Source: Trueperaceae bacterium
Lineage (GTDB): Bacteria > Deinococcota > Deinococci > Deinococcales > Trueperaceae
Assembly (NCBI GenBank): GCA_965213925.1
Contig: OZ243927.1
Span: 3,328,001-3,392,000, forward strand
DNA length: 64,000 bases
Reading direction: 5' to 3'
Shown here: one piece after another, positions 59,584-64,000 of the stretch
Numbering within the stretch: position 1 is the stretch's first letter
Layout of the letters: each line of letters starts with the position of its first letter
The notes under the pieces: model-generated
What the model saw: only the letters and a program-made list of their open reading frames with translations
What the model was told of the DNA's origin: nothing
Database searches by the model: none
Made by a program: the position numbers and the translations under genes

Positions 59584-60304
59584 TTACGTTAACAGCTTTT
59601 TCCTTCTTGGAATCATCTGCTCCTCTTTATGGCTCACTCGCTCGAACGCGACTTCGACTCTAGCTAAGGTTCATTTGGAATTGCTGCTCGACGCTACTCC
59701 CTTTGCTCTAAGGAACCGTGCATCCTTGACCTCTATAGCAAGTATCATTTGGTTTGAGCCAATCCGAGAAGAGGGAACGCAGTCTAGCGCGCACGTTTGG
59801 AAATGATACTTGCGTGATTCAAGCTCAGTGCTTATGTGAACTGCTATAGCAGCTCGAGCCCGCCTAGCAGTGCCCAGCCGCTGGCGCTCCACTAGGGGAA
59901 CGGCGCTCAGGTCATGACATAAGTGACCTCGGCAAGGTTGCAGCCAGAGACCATATCAGTGTACGAACTTGGTCTCCGTCCATTGCAGGATGGTCGCACG
60001 GGGGCGGCGAGGCGCTGCTGGGTTGAGCTAAACCTTACGCCCTAGAGCGCTCAGCTATCATTTTGCCTCCAGCGTTGTGGCGGCTCGGGTCGCGGGCACA
60101 CCGTTTATGCGGGCGATAAAAGGTCGCGGGTCGAATGTCCGCACCTTCCTGTAGATGGGGTTTGGTATGACTGACGCACCTCTACAAGGAAGCTTCCATG
60201 GGAGTCGCTCGCGTTCCTTATGCAGCGAACGGCCCGTAAAGTTACTCAACTCGCTTGTCTAAAGCCAAACTATGAAGATTATGGTCAGAGCAAGCAACAA
60301 ACTA

Positions 60305-61285
60305 CTATCCCGTTGCAAAAAACGTTAGGGGCGGTGCCGTTTTACGAAGATTCTGCGCCACCTCTAGCGCGACGGTAGGACGAGTCTCCTCGAGCGCGAG
60401 CAGGGTCGCACCGACGACAGGCTCTACGGAAGCGCGAACCACTTCGGCTTCAGGCAATTCGCTACGCACCTGCGCGACTAAGGCGTCTTGCAGCAGACTC
60501 GAGGCGTGGCGGAAGACGCCGCCCGTAAGAACGAGCGGAAAGGCGTCGGCGGCTCCCAAGCCGACCTTACGCGCCGCGACGAGGGCGTAGCCGCCGAGCG
60601 CCGCGCCCTGCTGCGTCACAATTCCTTCAGCGACGGCGTCACGCGCCGCCTCGTCCAAAAGTAGCGGGGCCAACTCGCTTGAGCGTCCCAGTAGTGTTCG
60701 GCTCCTAGCGGTAAAGGCGTGCAGTAGGGCTTCGGTGTTCTCTAGGCCGAAATGTGAGAGCACCCTCTCCGTCAGGCGCGTCGGGGGCACGAGACCGAGG
60801 TGCGACAGGTAGATAGCCCGGAGCGCACGCTCGCCCAGCTCAAAGCCTCCGCCCGTGAGTTGCCAGAATGACGAGTGCCATGCCCCCCTCATCCCCCGCG
60901 CCCCCACCGCCGCGCCCGTACCGCAGGCTACCGCGACGCCGAAGTGAGGCGAGCCGCTCCGGAGCGCCCCGAGCGCGTCGTTGACGACCACAGGCGGGTA
61001 CTCAAAGTCCCAGGTGCCGAGTTCGCGCCGCCAAAAGGCGAAGTCTTCAGGCCAGTCCGCACCGACCAAGCTGAAGCAGCTCGCGCTGACATTCCGGACG
61101 CCCACCTCCGCCCTCGCCAGAGCCGCGTCCACCGCGCGGCGCACCTCCTGGACCGCGCGTGTCTCCGAGCCGTAGATGTCGCCCGCGCCGCCGCGCCCCC
61201 AGCCGAGGACTTCGCCGTCTTCTGAAGCAACTAACGCGACGGTTTTCGTGTTTCCCGCGTCCACGCCTAAAACGGTGGTGCTCAT
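60305..61285 (-). CDS. BadF/BadG/BcrA/BcrD-type sugar (N-acetylglucosamine-like) kinase
   Basis: LGVDAGNTKT, GAD, VVND, CGTG, GGVF motifs. Confidence 0.88.
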   Translation of the reverse strand: MSTTVLGVDAGNTKTVALVASEDGEVLGWGRGGAGDIYGSETRAVQEVRRAVDAALARAEVGVRNVSASCFSLVGADWPEDFAFWRRELGTWDFEYPPVVVNDALGALRSGSPHFGVAVACGTGAAVGARGMRGAWHSSFWQLTGGGFELGERALRAIYLSHLGLVPPTRLTERVLSHFGLENTEALLHAFTARSRTLLGRSSELAPLLLDEAARDAVAEGIVTQQGAALGGYALVAARKVGLGAADAFPLVLTGGVFRHASSLLQDALVAQVRSELPEAEVVRASVEPVVGATLLALEETRPTVALEVAQNLRKTAPPLTFFATG

Positions 61286-61300
61286 AGGACCATGTCCGCG

Positions 61301-62047
61301 TCAGGTAGCCCGCGTAGGCCAGGCGGCGCGGTCCACGACGACGGTGACGTTTCTGTTCTGCAGATAGGACGCGGGCAGCTCGGGGGTCACCGGTCCTTGC
61401 AAGGCGCGCCGCAGCACCTCGCGCTTGTGCCCGCCCGAGACGAGGAGAAGCGTCCTTCTCGCGCCTAGCAGCGTGGACATGCCGCAGGTCAGGGCGAGGC
61501 GCGGGACCTCGCCCTCCCAGTAGGCCGCGTTGCTGCGCAGGCTCGCCTCGGACAGCGTAACTTGACGGGTCGGGGCGTCGGCGGCGGAGGGAGGCTCGTT
61601 GAACCCTAAGTGACCGTTCGGCCCGAGACCCAGAACCGCGAGGTCCACCCCGCCGCACCCTGTTACCTCGTGGTCATAGATACGGCAGGCGGCCTCTGTG
61701 TCCTCGGCGTCGCCGCGCAGCCGTACGACCTGGGTGACGCCGAGCGGCTCCACGAAGACCTTCCTCATCCAGCCGTAGAGCGAGCGTGGGTCGTCCTCGC
61801 TCACCCCAACGTATTCGTCGAGCTGGAGGGCGGTGAGGTGGCGCGTCTCCAGACCTGTCCCGCGCCGCCAGGCGAGCTTCTCGTACGTCCGCAGGGGCGT
61901 GTTGCCCGTCGCAACCAGAACGCTTAGCGTGGGCTTCTCGCGGATAGCGGCGGCGATGAGGTCTGCGGCCCGTTCGCTCATCGCCTCGAGGTCGTCCTCG
62001 ACGAACAGGTTCAGGTTCGGTGCGCTGGGCACTCCCTCGGACGTCAC
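61301..62047 (-). CDS. nagB: Glucosamine-6-phosphate deaminase
   Basis: ATGNTP, LDEYVG, LGLGPNGHLGFNEP, T.GM; GTG start overlaps the GH4 stop. Confidence 0.88.
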   Translation of the reverse strand: MTSEGVPSAPNLNLFVEDDLEAMSERAADLIAAAIREKPTLSVLVATGNTPLRTYEKLAWRRGTGLETRHLTALQLDEYVGVSEDDPRSLYGWMRKVFVEPLGVTQVVRLRGDAEDTEAACRIYDHEVTGCGGVDLAVLGLGPNGHLGFNEPPSAADAPTRQVTLSEASLRSNAAYWEGEVPRLALTCGMSTLLGARRTLLLVSGGHKREVLRRALQGPVTPELPASYLQNRNVTVVVDRAAWPTRAT

Positions 62048-63342
62048 GCTAAGTACCTCTCGGGGAGCCACGCGCGTTGCGCGTGGGCCATCTCGTCGTA
62101 GAGCCGTTCGGCTAGGGGCAGCGAGAGTACCAGCGGGTGGCTCGTGAGAGCCCGCACCGCTTCCCGACGTGCGCCTCCCCACGCCGCGTCCGCCGCGAGC
62201 CGCTGGTACTCGCCGAGAGAGGTGACGAGGCCCCGCACGTGTCCCGGCAGGCGGCCCGAGGCGAGCGGCGTCGCGCCCTGACGGTTCACCACGGCGGGCA
62301 CCTCCACCACCAGGTCGTCTGGGAAGTCGGGGAGCGCGCCCCGGTTGGGCACGTTCAGCGTCCAGACCTCCTCCAGTTCGTTAAAGACCGCATTCATCAC
62401 GTCGAAAGCTAGCTCGAGTTCGAAGATGCCGCCCCTCGAGCGCGCCGGGTCGAGCTTAGGCGAAGGCGCGTGGCGTTGCTCGCGGTAGTGCTGCCAGTAG
62501 CCCTCTGCCGCCGCCATGATGTCTTGCGCCCGCGTCCTCGGCTTCGCCTGAAGCTCGCGCAGCACCTCGTCCTTGAAGTAGTAGTACTGAAAATAGGCTG
62601 CGGGCACGCGCCCCATCACCGAGGCGAGGTGGAGCATCCGCTTAGCGTGAGGCTCCACCTTCGGGTCGTTTCGCTTGCGTTTGTAAGCGTCCCGGACGAG
62701 CGGTATGAGGTCGCCGCCGTCGTAGCGGTGCCGCACGCTCCAGCAGGCGTGGTTGAGACCTATCATAACGGTATCGAGCTTGCCCGGCTCCAGGTCTGCC
62801 GCCGCCGCCAGCTCCTGCGGGAAGACGATGGGACCTTCGCACAGCGAGATGGTCTGGATGGGGCTGTGCCGCGTCACCGCGTCCGCGACGACGTTCACGG
62901 GGTTCGTGTAGTTGAGCAAGAGCGCGTCCGGGCAGACCTCTTCCATCTCCCTCACGAGGTCTTTAATGACCGCCAGCGCCCGCAGCGCCATGAAGAGCCC
63001 GCCGGGTCCCTGAGTCTCCTGCCCGATGACGCCGTGCTTTAGGGGGATCGACTCGTCTAAATGTCGCGCCTCAAAGCCGCCGGGTCTAAAGGAGGAGAGC
63101 ACCGCGTCGCAGTCCGTTAGAGCCGCTCTGCGCTCGGTCGTGCAGCTCACGGAGAGGTCCAGCCCCTGCGCCTCAGCCATGCGGCGCGTGAGCGCTGCGA
63201 CCAGCTCCAAACGTTCCTCGTCCAGGTCCACGAGCACGACCTCCGACCCGGAGAAGCGCTCCCCCTGCTCGATAAACGCCGCCATCGTCCCCGGTGCGCG
63301 GGTGCTGCCGCCGCCGATGTAAGCCCATTTAATGCGTGCGAT
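62044..63342 (-). CDS. Family 4 glycoside hydrolase (6-phospho-glucosidase-like); apparent start codon is ATC
   Basis: YIGGGSTR, RPGG, DE.IP, GQETQGPGG, NYTNP, LCE, GLNH motifs; GGAGG 5 nt before ATC-GCA-CGC-ATT-AAA. Confidence 0.88.
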   Translation of the reverse strand: MARIKWAYIGGGSTRAPGTMAAFIEQGERFSGSEVVLVDLDEERLELVAALTRRMAEAQGLDLSVSCTTERRAALTDCDAVLSSFRPGGFEARHLDESIPLKHGVIGQETQGPGGLFMALRALAVIKDLVREMEEVCPDALLLNYTNPVNVVADAVTRHSPIQTISLCEGPIVFPQELAAAADLEPGKLDTVMIGLNHACWSVRHRYDGGDLIPLVRDAYKRKRNDPKVEPHAKRMLHLASVMGRVPAAYFQYYYFKDEVLRELQAKPRTRAQDIMAAAEGYWQHYREQRHAPSPKLDPARSRGGIFELELAFDVMNAVFNELEEVWTLNVPNRGALPDFPDDLVVEVPAVVNRQGATPLASGRLPGHVRGLVTSLGEYQRLAADAAWGGARREAVRALTSHPLVLSLPLAERLYDEMAHAQRAWLPERYLA

Positions 63343-63529
63343 AAGTGCCTCCCGATGTGGCTAACTTGCGCCTGATGCCATAACCTCATCCAATTTTACC
63401 TCTTCGGGCTCGAGAGAAAAGGTTGGTCATTAGGTATGGCGTCACACCTTGCTCTACCCAACACCTTGCTGTACCCAGCGCGAAATCTACCCAGCAACGT
63501 CTTGTAGAATAGATCATCAAGTTGTCCCT

Positions 63530-64000
63530 CTAAGCGAGCACCTCGAGCCTGTCCCCCACCCGCACCGCGCCCGGCGCACGCGGCGCGAGGTGAATCCCGA
63601 AGGTGACGCCAGCAGGCGAGCGGCGCAAGTGGGCGAGGGTCGCTAAGGTCTCCTTACTGTACGCACCCGAGCGCTGGTCGAGGTTGACCATCACGCAGCG
63701 CACACAGGGCTCTAACACGTCCAAGATCACATCGCCGAGTTTCACCACGCGCCAGCCATCCTCAGCGTAGGGTATGTCACCTTCCACCACCAGGTTAGGC
63801 CGGAAACGCTCGGCTCCTACAGGTATCTCCAGGTATCCGTTGAGGTGCGCCAAGGACGCCGTGGTGACGAGGTGCAGCGGGTTGCCGTCGGTCAGCGCGA
63901 GCGGGACGTCCGAAGCCGCGCCGGAGGGAAGCAGCTTGGGGCGCGCCGTTCCCACGGGCATCCCGGCGAGCCGGTAGGGTGCGCCGAACCGCTCGGCCAG
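63530..64000 (-). CDS. MOSC domain protein, C-terminal part; begins beyond the window
   Basis: RFRPNLVV, EDGW, PCVRC, FG...G.VRVGD. Confidence 0.85.
   Translation of the reverse strand: MAERFGAPYRLAGMPVGTARPKLLPSGAASDVPLALTDGNPLHLVTTASLAHLNGYLEIPVGAERFRPNLVVEGDIPYAEDGWRVVKLGDVILDVLEPCVRCVMVNLDQRSGAYSKETLATLAHLRRSPAGVTFGIHLAPRAPGAVRVGDRLEVLA

Larger units (their letters stand above)
57215..59667 (+). pseudogene. DDE transposase (ISNCY-type) with nonsense codons, split by IS630
   Basis: MDGT.YFSS..IHC..C, QDCE..AAKRWL, GDDLY, RWKTENE...LK..GY.FEHNYGHG; TAG at 57372; C-terminus (FPSWNHLL...DSS*) resumes after 59586. Confidence 0.85.
57181..59686 (+). mobile_element. ISNCY-type insertion sequence, inactivated and interrupted by IS630
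   Basis: 14-bp TIR CAGCAATTCCAAAT / ATTTGGAATTGCTG; 9-bp target duplication CTCGACGCT (57172-57180, 59687-59695). Confidence 0.88.

Noticed and set aside
59696..60300. Short ORFs right of the ISNCY-type element
   Set aside because: No recognisable motifs or RBS; probably intergenic or decayed sequence

Overview
A 64-kb, GC-rich bacterial chromosomal segment, probably Deinococcota (Trueperaceae-like). That assignment is inferred from protein style, many leaderless -10-adjacent starts and abundant CTCGAG, and was not confirmed by a database search. The first ~42 kb is mostly housekeeping (ligA, glycerate kinase, two CNNM/hemolysin-family genes, YbdK ligase, polyprenyl synthase, polA, glmM, ade, citrate synthase). 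Interspersed are a xanthorhodopsin-family rhodopsin with a non-canonical Y-T-S helix-C motif, a GGDEF-ribbon-helix-helix plus deaminase gene pair, an ebo-type gene cluster with no recognisable eboA, several lipoproteins, and small REP/MITE elements. tRNA-Ala(TGC) at 42478-42550 is an integration hotspot. It holds a complete ~5-kb unidirectional satellite-like element (integrase, XRE regulator, excisionase, phage O-like replication protein with iterons, 44-bp att repeats, arm-type sites). A second element follows in tandem, with a Rep_trans/MOB_T protein and a nick-site hairpin, and is cut off by an ISL3. The rest is a decaying accessory island: esterases, an SDR, deletion-fused sugar-binding-protein/sulfatase remnants, an IS630 nested in an ISNCY-type element, and a GH4-nagB-sugar kinase operon. 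All annotations come from motif recognition by eye.
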